A DNA stretch of 64,000 nt from Penicillus capitatus. Its lineage: Eukaryota; Plantae; Chlorophyta. Positions 24,820 to 37,005 of the stretch are shown piece after piece (position 1 is the first letter of the stretch; every line of letters begins with the position of its first letter). The notes under the pieces were generated by a model that ran no database searches, was not told the origin of the DNA, and saw nothing but the letters and a program-made list of their open reading frames with translations. The position numbers and the translations under genes are program-made. The stretch spans positions 976,301-1,040,300 of the forward strand of contig OZ287704.1 in the NCBI GenBank assembly GCA_965649825.1, written 5' to 3'.

Positions 24820-26690
24820 AGTATGTTACAAGGACACCCCGAAAATAGGCCGGTGCGTTTTGTTCTGCCGGCAAGCGACGGAGCTACGAAAGACGCGGAA
24901 TACACGGCATAAACGGTTATGCGCGGATAGTAAGTACATTGGAGATGTCACCCCAACAGCTCCTAGTGATTCTTTGCTGAAACCGCTGCATCCACGCAAA
25001 TGTCTTCGGCGACAACATTCACCGTTTCTTGTCAAAAGCGTCCATTGCTCAAACTGTGCAGAAGACGTCGGAATGGAAAGCGAATACGGCGTCTGGTATA
25101 CCAGAGACCATGTCTCTCAAGGCTGTCTCCTGAACAACCGAATCAGCAAGCGCATACCAATAAGAGCCACCGGACGGCTGTGAAAGCGACGCGTAACCTG
25201 GACGCCGCAAGAAGGACATTTCGAAGATTTCGTGAGTTTGCTCGCAGCAAAGATGCCAAACGAACGGAAAGCGAACTTCTGAGTTACAGTCAAGAGATGC
25301 AAAGACTGAGGTGCATTTACTGTTCCTGAGGACATGGAGATGTGTAACAAGGCGAATGGTGTCTCAGGGGCGACCTGCTGCGAGAGATCGAAGATTGGAA
25401 AGCCGATGGAAATATGCCTTCAGTGATCAGTCGCCATTTGCTTCCTGTGGCGTGGGAGGTGATCGATTCGTTCTACAAACATGCTCAGCGACTCTTTCAA
25501 AAATCGAAAGATGGATACGAGATCACAAACTCAGATGTCTGTTAACACTCCCGGCGACCTGCTCAGCGACGTGAGCGTGCTTGTTGTGTGTGTCACAGTA
25601 CCAAAAAGAACTGGAGATTTGTATGACGCCACGCGTTCGAGCGATCTTTGGACTGTGTGACGCTTCTCTGGAAGTGCTGAAATCTGTGGGCATTTCGGTA
25701 ATCGTGATCATGGGGATGCGGCAATTTGGTGCAGATATCTTCCAAAACTTCACATCTCCTATCTACGGTGGCGGCGTCTCAAATACCACTATGGCACTCG
25801 AGTGAGTGATCTGTGTCGTACAGGATGGCGAATCGATTGGCTACTGTGGACACTCCCCTATGTTTTCGGCACCTATTTCTTTTGGAATTCGGCTCTTTCC
25901 CGAACATGGGCACCTTTAAAGGTGCGAAGTATTCTCCCTTCTTTTCTGAAGTCGTGCGTTCCCTTTAGGGATTCAAGTTCTCCACGCGTTACCAGTGTTT
26001 TCATGGTTTCATCATGAAGAACCCAAGGTCCTACCACGATTCAGTTCTGCTCATCCGATCACTGCATTCAGCATGGCTGACCACTGTCTATCAAGGACTC
26101 GGATTCTATCTCTTTGAATCCCTTTATCCCTTCCTCTACGGTACGCCGTCAGCATCCTGACCATGTTCTCCAGTGATCTCGATCAACAGGAGCGGACTTT
26201 TATTCACTTGGCTTTTCCATGACGTCTCCGTTGCCGTCGATCGTGTGGCTGCCAGTCGAGTTACTCTTCTTTGGCTCCGTCTCAGGGATCTATCACATTG
26301 TCACAGGTCTGTCCTTTGGCCAGACACACGTGCCTTCTCGAACAATGATCTCGTTTGGAGATTGGTCGTTGATGGTGGAGGCAGAAGACGTTTTGAAAGA
26401 TCGAAGGCGGTTCTTTACCATGGATGCACGCATTGCTGCGCGAAATGTCTTGGAGTTCAACCTTCTCAATGATTCGCAAGTGATTCCATTCCTGCAGCCT
26501 CCGATGCGTGGCACATTGTTTGATTCAGATCAGTCGAGACCGAGCAACGGTGACATTTCTCTATTACTTCTTAAACGTTGGTTACTTGTCTGTCGAAGCC
26601 ATCTTTGTGCATTCCCTCTTTGCTTCGATGGGCACACTCGTTATTGGACATTACCTTACCTACAAGGGAATGCAGAAAAGCAGTTTTTGA
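24820..26690 (+). CDS. Multi-exon predicted membrane protein, unassigned (weak resemblance to CAAX-protease/CPBP segments)
   Basis: Basic transit-peptide-like ORF at 25000-25329 and several hydrophobic exons (WLLWTLPYVFGTYFFW; IVWLPVELLFFGSVSGIYH) separated by short GT-AG introns. Confidence 0.4.
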
Positions 26691-26909
26691 GACATCTACA
26701 GGTATCATTTGTTTCGCTACTAAAACACTTAACGAAACATGGCTCGAGTTGCTGGTTCAAAAACTGAATGGAATATTCCACGTAATGTGTAACACAAGCT
26801 ACAAACGGTTCGTCCGTTGCTGTTTACGTAATAGTAACTGCATAACAGCAAAAGCAGCATAGAAGCTGAACTGCAGCGGTCTTTCTCACTGAGAAACCGC
26901 TATATTCAC

Positions 26910-29900
26910 ATGCCAACGTTCTGTTGTCGACTATTCTGTAGCATGCATCTTTATCGATGCTATTATACTTTGCTCTGTCTGTTGCTATGGAGTCGTCTAA
27001 CCATCCTGACGTCATCGTCAGCCACCGAAGAAGGTACCTGTTCGAGTGAACTAGGTGCAGAGAACATCTCTGAGGGAGGGCAGCAGTACATCGTCCGCTT
27101 TCGCGAATACCGGAGGGCAGCACACTGGAGACGAGCACTGGAAGCTGTCTTAAGCGAAGATGGGTCGCAGTGGAAATGGGTCGAGCGACACAACGCAGCT
27201 GCCTCGTTTCCGACAGACTTCGGCGTCGTGCGATTCCAGACAGCCTCTGCAGAAACCGTGCAGGTAGATCTGAATCGACTTCTCAGTGGTCCTTGGTGGG
27301 ACGTCGGAGTCGTATAGGAACGCATACTCAAGCTGCCTTTTGTCAGAGACGTCCACCCAGACCGTCTGCTGCACCGGAGTCTGGCACACGTCGCGGAGGA
27401 AGAAGAGGGACATCGGGAGTGCAAGATTCAGAAGCCTCCAGGTCGATTCCGTACCCGTCCGACTTTCGGGATCGACAGCGAGGACGACGACTACACGTAT
27501 GGATCGGATTCCGAAGACCGGGCAGAGCTGAGGAGGAAGAGGATGCTCCTAAAAACCGGCCGCCGATCGGTGACGCGAATGCTGCACGCGGACGAGATCT
27601 GGAATCTGGGATACTCGGGCGAAAAGGTCAAGGTGGGCGTTTTCGACACCGGCATCCGAGCAAACCACCCCCACGTCAAGAACATCAAGGAACGCACGAA
27701 CTGGACCCACCAGAACACGCTGAGCGACGGATTGGGACATGGCTCGTTCGTGGCAGGCGTCATCGCCGGAATCTACGATGGATGTCTTGGATTCGCTCCG
27801 GACGTCGAGCTCTACACGTTCAAAGTGTTCACGGACGACCAGGTCTCCTACACGTCCTGGTTCATGGACGCCTTCAACTACGCCATCGTCTCGAAGATGC
27901 AGATCGTCAACCTGAGCATCGGCGGGCCGGACTTCCTCGATCAACCATTCGTCGAGAAGGCGAGATCGCTAGATGCAGTCGCAGTTCTCATGCCTTTTCA
28001 CTCCGCAGGTGCTTGAGGTCACATCGAGTGGGATCATCATGACGGCTGCCATCGGAAACGATGGACCTCTGTACGGGACGCTGAACAACCCGGCTGATCA
28101 GAACGATGTCATCGGAATCGGAGGTATCACCTTCGAGGATCGCATGGCGCGTTTCTCGTCGAGGGGGATGTCGACCTGGGAGCTGCCGATCGGCTACGGT
28201 CGCATCAAGCCGGATGTGCTGGCATACGCCCAGGACGTGAGCGGCTCGAGGATGCAGGACGGGTGCAAGAGCCTGTCGGGAACGAGCGTGGCGTCTCCCG
28301 TCGCCGCAGGGGCTGTGGCTCTGTTGGCCAGCACCGTTCCCGAAGGCGCTCGGTGGAGCCTGCTCAATCCGGCCTCGATGAAGCAGGCCCTGGTCGAGGG
28401 CGCCTCTCGGCTGGACGGCGAGACGGTCTACGTTCAGGGGGCCGGAAAGATCGACCTCGTCCGGTCCATGCAGATCCTGCAGAGCTACGAGCCCCGGGCC
28501 TCCCTCGTTCCCGGCAGCCTGGATCTGACCGACTGCCCGTACATGTGGCCCCTCTGCTCGCAGCCTCTCTATGCCGACGCCGTCCCGGTGATCGTCAACG
28601 CCACGATCCTGAACGGCATCAGCGTCACCGGCGTCCTAGAAGGGGTGCCGGAGTTCGCTCCCTCCAACAAGGCAGGAGAGCTCGTCTCCATGGACTTCGA
28701 GTACAGCGACGTCCTGTGGCCCTGGTCGGGCTACCTGGCCGTCTACGTCCGAGTCCAGTCCGCTGGACGATCCTACTCGGGCGTCGCCGAGGGAGAGATC
28801 CGCTTCACCGTCGTCGCTCCCCCGGTCGAGGGCGAGAGGGGGGAGAGGAAGTCCACTGTCCGAGTGCCGTTCAAGGCGAGGATCGTTCCGAAGCCTCCCC
28901 GAGAGAAGAGGGTGCTCTGGGACCAGTTCCACTCCGTCAAGTATCCGCCCGCCTACTTCCCGCGAGACAACCTCGACGTGCAGAGAGACATCTTGGACTG
29001 GCACGGAGACCACCCGCACACCAACTTCCACGACATGTTCGACCACCTGCGAGACAGGGGTTACTACCTGGAGGTCCTGGGTTCTCCCTACACCTGCTTC
29101 AACGCATCACAGGTCCTGCCTGCCGGACGGCGTCCGGCACACTGCTGACTCCATTCGCTGTAGTACGGGGCGCTGATGATCGTCGACTCCGAAGACGTCT
29201 TCTATCCGGAGGAGGTCGCAAAACTGGCTGCGGATGTGAGGGAAGAGGGACTCGGCGTCATCGTCTTCGCGGAGTGGTACAATGCCAAGACGGCCACGGA
29301 CTTCCGCTTCTTCGATGACAACACGCGCAGCTGGTGGACTCCCGCCACGGGAGGCGGCAACATCCCTGGCCTGAACGACCTGCTTGGCCAGTTTGGGATT
29401 GCCTTCGGGGACGCCGTCCTCAAAGGGACCCAGTCGATCGGCGGCCAGCGCGGGGTGAAGTACTCCTCTGGGGCCAACATTGCAAGGCTGCCTGCTGGCA
29501 GCTTTGCCCACCACTTCTCTCTGGAGGAAACGTCCAAGGAGACCAGCTCCTTCGGCGACTACTACACTCTGGGCCTGACCGCCCATGGGAACGGCAGACT
29601 GGCCGTCTACGGAGATTCCAACTGCCTGGACTCCAGTTACCAGTCGGATCACTGCTTCGAGCTGCTCGATGCGATGCTGGACTTTGTGAACGAGAACGAA
29701 GACAACAGCCTTCTGCAGAGTCTGACAGGCGAGGATCACATACTGAAGGCATCTCTGGACGCAGAGGATCTTCCGCAGCCGATCGAAGACGTCAACTTCA
29801 CAGAGTTCTCTTTTGTCATGAGCCATCCATTACAGTGCTACATGAACCATCCCATCATGGAGATCAACGACGCGCCAGTGAACCGGTCCGACATGGAAAT

Positions 29901-30140
29901 CAGCGATAGGTCAGAGGCAAAGAAGTAAGATCCTCTGAATTTGCTTGTACCAATTTTAATGCTCACTTAACTTGTAGGATGTCATCATACCACCAAGCGC
30001 CGGAAATTGCGATCTTGCATACATCCCGAAGCAATTCCACGCTTCAAGGAAACACGTGGTTGCGTAAACTGATCATATTTACGTGGAGTATGGTGTCAGT
30101 GATTCTTTCTATCTATGGCCTCTACAAATGTAGTCATTGA
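26910..30140 (+). CDS. SBT6.1: Site-1 protease (S1P / subtilase SBT6.1), copy A
   Basis: Signal peptide, QYIVRF inhibitor domain, catalytic VFDTG / LGHGSF / AIGNDGP / GTSVASP, and S1P-specific [11 protein letters not shown]...[11 protein letters not shown]. The last exon (about 29979-30140) encodes a TM segment [23 protein letters not shown]. Confidence 0.95.
26919..29871 (+). repeat. Left arm of a ~2.95-kb near-identical inverted repeat (partner 52167-55120)
   Basis: Identity with the reverse complement of the partner begins at ttctgttgtcgactattc and ends at atggagatcaacgac. Introns are shared too. Confidence 0.95.
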
Positions 30141-30506
30141 TAATCCCAGAGTAAGTTTAATAAGGACTGCACGAGATGGACACTGAAAATACGACGTTCA
30201 TAAAAACAACTTGGACACCTTCGTCAACTACTCTTCTCTTCCATTCATATCTGTTTGTTGTGCCTCGCTCTTCGTAGGATGCAACAGATGCAGTAACACG
30301 TTACGCGTTTAATGAAAGTATCGAAAGAGCATCAAACGTTAACACCAATATCTGCTCAGGAATAACGAAAGTCTCTCTCTTTTATTTGTCCAATCGATCT
30401 AACAACAGAAACGATCGGTGACCAATGATTGCTGGCATCGATGTTTCCCCTGAACCGTATACCAACGGTTTTTTATACGACGTGTGGCATTCGATTGCAG
30501 ACATTT

Positions 30507-31543
30507 TTACCTGTAATCCATCCGCCGTGTGTTCTTGGCCTTAATGTCACTCATTCTGCATTGCGTTTTTGATTCTGAAAAGACCCCATCCACGTCATGA
30601 GCAACCAAACACAAAACAGCCAAAATGCTCACTTTGCATCCATCTCTTCTTCCTGTCGCAGCAATGCATCTCTTTCTTTTCTCAAAGCTTCCAATCGACT
30701 CTTCCGCGATATATATACAAAAAGAAAAGTACGGAACTGGATGGGATAAACACCTGGAGCTGTGCGATTTCGGTCGGCGCTCGTCGTCTGAGATCATTCA
30801 AAGCTTGCGTATGGCCTCGTAACTGAGCCTCTTCTGTGGCCAAGCGACGTTGGCGTATTCCACTTTCGTTACGTAGACGTTTAACAAAGGCCTCTAGTCG
30901 ATTCCTCGATTCCTGTTCCTTCGCCAGACGTTCTTCCTCGTCGCGCACCAGTCGTTGTAGGCCCACAACTTCCGCCTTCATCCGAGACACCGTCTGCGAT
31001 TGTTTCTGGTCGAAGTACGTCTCGACGATCTGTGCAAACCGATCGATGTTGCGTCGTTCTTTGTCACAGAGCTTGTCAACGCCGTGTCGAATTTTCAGAA
31101 CCTCCGTATCGTGCGTCACACGACTGGAGAAATAAGTCCCCTGTAGAGAGAGGCACACTGAACGACGGTTCGTACTCAATATCCATCGGTGTAACATTTT
31201 CGGATGCGGCTTCCTGTTTCAGACGCTGTTCCAACAGAAGGCGTCGATTCAATAGGGTCCTCTCCATTTGACACAACCGTTCGATCTCTGCGGTTTTCTA
31301 AAAGAAGCTGATCATGCTTGAGACAGAGCCAACGAATGGTGACAGTTGTGTGCAGCTGATGACGATAACGCCGCTCGAGTTCTATCCGTTTGGCGCGTTC
31401 CTCGATCAAATCGTTATGCCGCGATTCCAACAACGACTATGCACACCACAGATTTAACCGTTGCTAAGGTAAAGAAAGAGATTTCGATGTCCGACCGTCA
31501 ATTGCGAGAGCTTTGCATTCCAATTCGTCTCTGACGCGTCCAT
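30507..31543 (-). CDS. Coiled-coil protein, unassigned
   Basis: E/R/K/L-rich exons (LESRHNDLIEERAKRIELERRY; VVGLQRLVRDEEERLAKEQESR) linked by short introns. Confidence 0.55.
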
Positions 31544-31907
31544 GAACAGCAACAGCAGCCAACCATTTCGTGGAGATGTCCTTTCCGAGGTGTAATAGAT
31601 AGATATTGCCGGAACGTCTTTTCATACTTCGCACGACTTTTTTTGATCCCGTTGGCGCAGATATATCTGCCTATGCGTATAGCTGGAAGTCACATCTTGC
31701 CCGTCCCTTGCGTGAAAGCTACGGCTTCCGATCGTCACGGAGACAAATCTGCCCAGACAGAAACATTGACTGACCATGCTGTACCGTAGTAACTCTACAG
31801 AACGATCCCGTTCATAACGTCACACTTTTAATCATTTAAAGGTAATCAGCGAAGCATCAAGATTCTTCCGTTCGGCATTGCGATCTCTTGTGGAACCCTG
31901 AGGTCAT

Positions 31908-33397
31908 TTATTTACCTTCTGAGATGGGGAAGTGTGGGTGATGACATACCGAAGGGCTGCTTCTCCGATCTCCATAGTGGAGATTAAATGGAATGCCGAG
32001 CATTTGAAGAAATCGCTCCGTCTGTGGATTTCTGATGTCCTGTACCGGCATCACCCTTCTCCGTTGACCTTCGGCTTCATCATGTCCCTTCGCTGTCGGT
32101 TCAAAATTCTCAGGAATAAACAAACTGTCCATCCCTTCCATGATCGTCTCCATTGCCTCTTCCTTTTCTCTCTTCACTAAAAGCGATCATCATCAAAAGG
32201 GAACACAAAAGCAGTATGACAGACAGGAAGGGCTGGAAACCAGGTTCAGCTGCGCCGGTCCAAAGCTCATCAGATGCATGGTGCTCTTGAGAATGCCCAG
32301 CCATTCTTTGTCGTAACTGAACTGCTTGGGTCCTGTGGCTGCAGGTATGTTCAGTATTTGCAGAAAATCGCGTCTTGGAAGGCATTTGTCGAGTGCCAGA
32401 AATCGTGTCTGCTTTCCATTTCCATGATCCACCAGGGCTGGATACTTGACATGCATGTGAGCCGAGAAATGATATGTCGGCTGCAGTGTATTCAACAGCT
32501 CTGTCGCGGCGGGACTGCCCAGCGTTCTCTCCTGGATCTATCCACCACTCTGTTAGCGCACATGGATCAACGGATTATCTGAACAGACTTCTGTTCGGAA
32601 ATAGGGTTTCCTTCGAATGAGCTCTCCTGTATTTCCCCAATCCGTAATGCAATCTGGCCAGTCATGTGTCAACAGAATGTCCACAGCTTCCTTAATCTAC
32701 AGCCAGACGTTGCCACCGGGATAGAGATCGGTAAAGCAAGCCTGTTTGAGTTTGAAGACATCGAAGACACGCGTGTGATATGTGCTGCGTTTAGTGCCTT
32801 CGTTGTAGGGCAGCCTCTCGTAGTATCCCATGTTGTAATGCCTCCGGTTGTAAATGCCGCTGATTCCGGCAATGCGCAAACCGCCAAAATGCACCACTCC
32901 TGAGTAACCAAGGAAATAGATATTGGGCGCCACCCATCCCCCATAGTAAAGTTCTCGTAGATGATTGATTGCCTCATGATTCCCGCCAACTAAAACCAGA
33001 TAACCCGTTTCGATGACGATCACAGAAGAATCCCATGTAACTGAAGAGTGTGGGATACGGTGCCGTTTTGGTTCCATTATAGTATTTATAGAAGTTCATG
33101 ATCTTCTTGTACTTGTTCGGCACAGACATGCACTCCAAATCATCCAAATTGCGCACGGCCTGGAATGCGTGCAGGATGTCTATGTCTGCAATGGATGTGA
33201 CGTGAGTGAACCTGAAAGTCTCCACAACAGATCAAGAGATGAATCTTCAATCCTTCTATCTCTTCCGTACGCTTCAATACGTCATAGATGGTATCAAGCT
33301 CTCCATGACAACACCCTTCCACCGCAATCTACTCCTATCCGTGTCAGCCAACGATCGATCAGAGACACAGTACGTTGAGACCATCCGAGAAATCCAT
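31908..33397 (-). CDS. DBR1: Lariat debranching enzyme
   Basis: [21 protein letters not shown]|[40 protein letters not shown] and [15 protein letters not shown]. Confidence 0.95.
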
Positions 33398-33444
33398 TTT
33401 CCTCGGGCGCCTTTTCTTTCGGCGGCTGGATGTGTCAGAGACAA

Positions 33445-34522
33445 TGCAATGGAGGGGCTGCAGTGACTGTCGTCTCGTGGACTGAATCAGTTGCGTCGCT
33501 CTGAGGGCAATTCGCATTAAGTACGACAGTTCTTGGTTAGGCGGCAGTCGACTTTGTATAGCGATACGGATGTCCAGTTCTCCGGCGCGTTCCGTTTGCG
33601 GTTCAACGGGAGGGCATTCGATAACGGATGATGCAACCAAAACGGAAGTCGTTCGTCTCCGACGTGAAAACGCGAAACTCTGCAAGAAGCTTGTATCGGT
33701 TCTTGGACTTTCTCACATTTTTCTCACACTTTGGCATAGGCTCTTCTGAAAGAGAAGACGGAAGGTACTGAGAAGTTGATGAAGCTTCATAAAGAACTGA
33801 AGGACAAATATCAGAAACTCCAAACTGAAGCCTCATCGCGCTCGGGGATTGAAATGCAGCAGAAATGGACAGAAGCACGAGAAATGGCACAGAAAGAAAT
33901 GGAGAAACGATGTGACCTGCAGAAGCAGTTGAGTGAAGTTCTGGAACGATGTCAAAGAGAACAGGAGACAAATCTAACACTTCTGAAACAGAGAGCCACA
34001 GATCAAGCATCCATCCTCGATCTCCAACGCCAAGTTCAACAATTGAAAGAGACGCTGTCCAAATTCGAATCCGCAGCAGATAGAGAACGTCGCCATGGAC
34101 AAACCTGGGCCTTATTCGAGAAAGAGCTGCAGAAGCTCGTGCAGAAAACAGGTGAACTGCTCTGGGTGTGCGATGTATCCTATAAGAGATCCGATGTAGA
34201 TGTGGCGATGCGGTCTGCTGTGTTGGGTGATCTAGAGGAAGGAGAGGAAATGCTATCAGTGAAGTCGTCTGATGTGTTAATGGCAGCAGATGTGGGGCGG
34301 TCGGACTGGATGGCAGCAACAAAACGTCCACGGAGCAGTTCAGACATCCGAATGAGTCTTGCCTGCACATCAGATTCCTCATGTTTTCCTCTTCAAAATC
34401 GAGAAACGCCATCGCCGCCGAAAAGAGGAAAGAAACAGTGTAATCGGATGAGAGAAGAGGAAGCAGATAAAGAAACTCCGACTGTTCAGCATTATTTTGT
34501 AGATAAAAAACAAAGAAGGTAA
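33445..34522 (+). CDS. Coiled-coil protein, unassigned (start uncertain)
   Basis: 248-aa heptad-rich ORF 33776-34522, plus upstream exons (TKTEVVRLRRENAKL). Confidence 0.55.
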
Positions 34523-34593
34523 ATCGAAGCAATTTCTAAGGGTAACGGAGATGTCCTCTGACTGTCAGGGGTTTATCGAATGCGAAGAAGCGC

Positions 34594-36368
34594 GTGGGAT
34601 TAGGTGAAAAGTACGATCGCTCGGTCGAGGAGGTGAAACAACTGATGGACGGGAAAGTGAGAGAAAATGCGACGAAAGGAAGTGATTGCTCAGCATTAGG
34701 TCTTAAAAGACAAGGAACTGATCCGCACTTCGTTGAAAACATCATCAAACTGCTTAACTCTATGGACAGCCCGTCGTCCTTGAGTGACCTTGTTCACAGT
34801 GTCTCCCATCAACTGAATCTCGAGAGCTGTTCCATCGATCCGTTAACAAGCAAGCTCTGCGAAGCCATCTCTGCCATTGCAGAAGAGAAGGGTTTCGTGG
34901 ATGCGACAGTGTCCGATGATGTCGCCTTCTTGCTTCCCTGGTGTCAGCCCTATTCCCAGAAACACAAAGCGTTCTGCACGATTCTCTCTTTTGCGATTTC
35001 TCTGGACGAAGTCATCCCATGTCAGGCAGAGAGCCGAAGATTTCTCGTTTGCTTGTGCAGGCAACTGCATGATATGCTCTCTGATCAACTCTCCCATAAA
35101 GATGCACTCAAAGCCGCTGCTGTGGCAGCAGCCATTGGATATTTATGCAGAGCAACACAGCAAAATCAGGTAACTCCCCTTATTCCAATGCTTGCCTAAA
35201 TGTACTCTGTTTGTACAGTTGTTCTCGGCAGCATTGATGGATGTGCTGTTGGCAGATGACGATGCTGTCGCGGTCGTGGTCTTGCATGGCCTGCTGTTCT
35301 CTTGGACAACCTTCTTTGATGCTTCGTGGGAGAAAAGACAGAGCGGATCGGTGAATAGGTTCCCAGTAGAGACGCTTTTCAGTGGCCTCGTTCAAGTTTG
35401 TACCTCCCGTCTAAACATTGGCGACAACCTGGCTCGATTCTGCAGCACTCGAATTGCAGCTCACGGTTGCCAACACGGCTGGTGGTCCGACCTTGATTCA
35501 AAACTCACCCCTGTCCATCTGAGATCAGGTTTGAATTAAAACCTACCTAATCCCTAATCTGTAAGTTCTAAGTAAGTTCGTGCATTTCCGCCATGATACG
35601 CTTTTATTTGATAAGTGAGTTGAAGTAAGAGAGAAACGTTTTCATCGACGATTTCTTTTTTAATACGGTTGGATCTCAGGTCTCGTGCAATTGTGCCCGA
35701 TAGCTTGAGATTGTTAAGTATCAACGTAGGTGCTGAGAGATATGACATATGACCTCAACATTGTCTCTCCTGTCTTTCTAGGTCAAACGACCGACGAATG
35801 TGCCACTGTCGTCCTCAAGAACATCCAAGAGACGGTACAGGAGAGCCAATCACCAGATAAAGAATCGTGGAGTCAAGTGGAATGCGCTTTGCGACTCACT
35901 GCCCGCTGGCAACCATTCTCTTGGACCAAGGAGGTCAACATTATCTCAGATCTATCGCCCAATCGGCACGGTTGGTCTTTGCTGCAGGTCGTGGAGCATT
36001 CTTTGCGTCCATGGATTGGAGAGGCATCTAGAGGGACGATATATGATTATGGCCGCCTTCTCGGCAGTTTCTTTGCCTATCTCCTTTCAAAGTGGCAGAA
36101 GGACGAGGAATTGTTCTGTCAGATTCTGTCATGGAGTTTGGACAGCGCAGAGGCGTTTGAGCATCGCATTGCTGGACAGCTCTTTGGTGGAACGCCGCAG
36201 CGATTCCTCAAAGAACTTTTCTCCCCCATCTGGCAAATGTACGTTAACCGCCGCCCATCTGCCAAGTCAGCATTCTTCCGCCAGCGTTTGGGGCACCTTT
36301 GTTCGAAATTCCATCTCCCGTGCGACTTTGGAGAGCCCGTGGACGTCACAAAGGGACCATTTCTATGA
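34594..36368 (+). CDS. Predicted alpha-helical protein, unassigned
   Basis: Three protein-like ORFs (34594-35199, 35192-35539, 35730-36368) on the same strand, linked by intron-like segments. No family recognised. Confidence 0.5.
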
Positions 36369-37005
36369 TGTGACGTCTCGCGTTATGACGTGGAGTCTTT
36401 CTAGCGACGTCGCTTTCTAAGTCTAGTGACTTGGCGCCACGCCACTCGAGAGTGCAATCGCAATCGGCGAGCGTTCACTTTGCGAGTCGTGTGTCGACAG
36501 AAACGCCAGAGCTTTGCTAAGAGTTCTTAAGCGCATGGTCCAGCTTGCAAAGCTCTTGTCCTCGACATCATCGTTATAAACAAGCGTCTACTCCTTCTCC
36601 CATTAACATTCCCTCCACCGAAGCTGTCTTTGCGTGTAAGCCCTGCCTCGGCGCGTCCCAGAACCGGCGACCGCGTCGCGTCTTTCGGATGCTTTGTCAA
36701 GTGTCTATGTGCGTTCGTTCGTTTGTTTACGTGTGTTTGTGCACTTCGTTGCGTCTATTATTACGAGACAGCAATCTCTTTTCCCGAAACCCTCAAGGCT
36801 ACGCACTCATCGACATCGTGTTCCTTTAGGCAATTGACGGACTTCGCGCTCTCTCCGTTCGGCGTCATTAGCAACCGCGACGATGGACTTGAATCAAGTG
36901 CGACATCGGTGCTCATGATATGGATAAGAAATCGACGGGTCGGTTGTCTAGGTTTCACAGAATGTCGTCGATGCAGCGTCGGTTGTTCAACTGAAGTCGC
37001 CAGCG

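Noticed and set aside
26910-30140. GC-rich subtilase as a bacterial horizontal transfer
   Set aside because: It has spliceosomal introns and S1P-specific eukaryotic C-terminal motifs.
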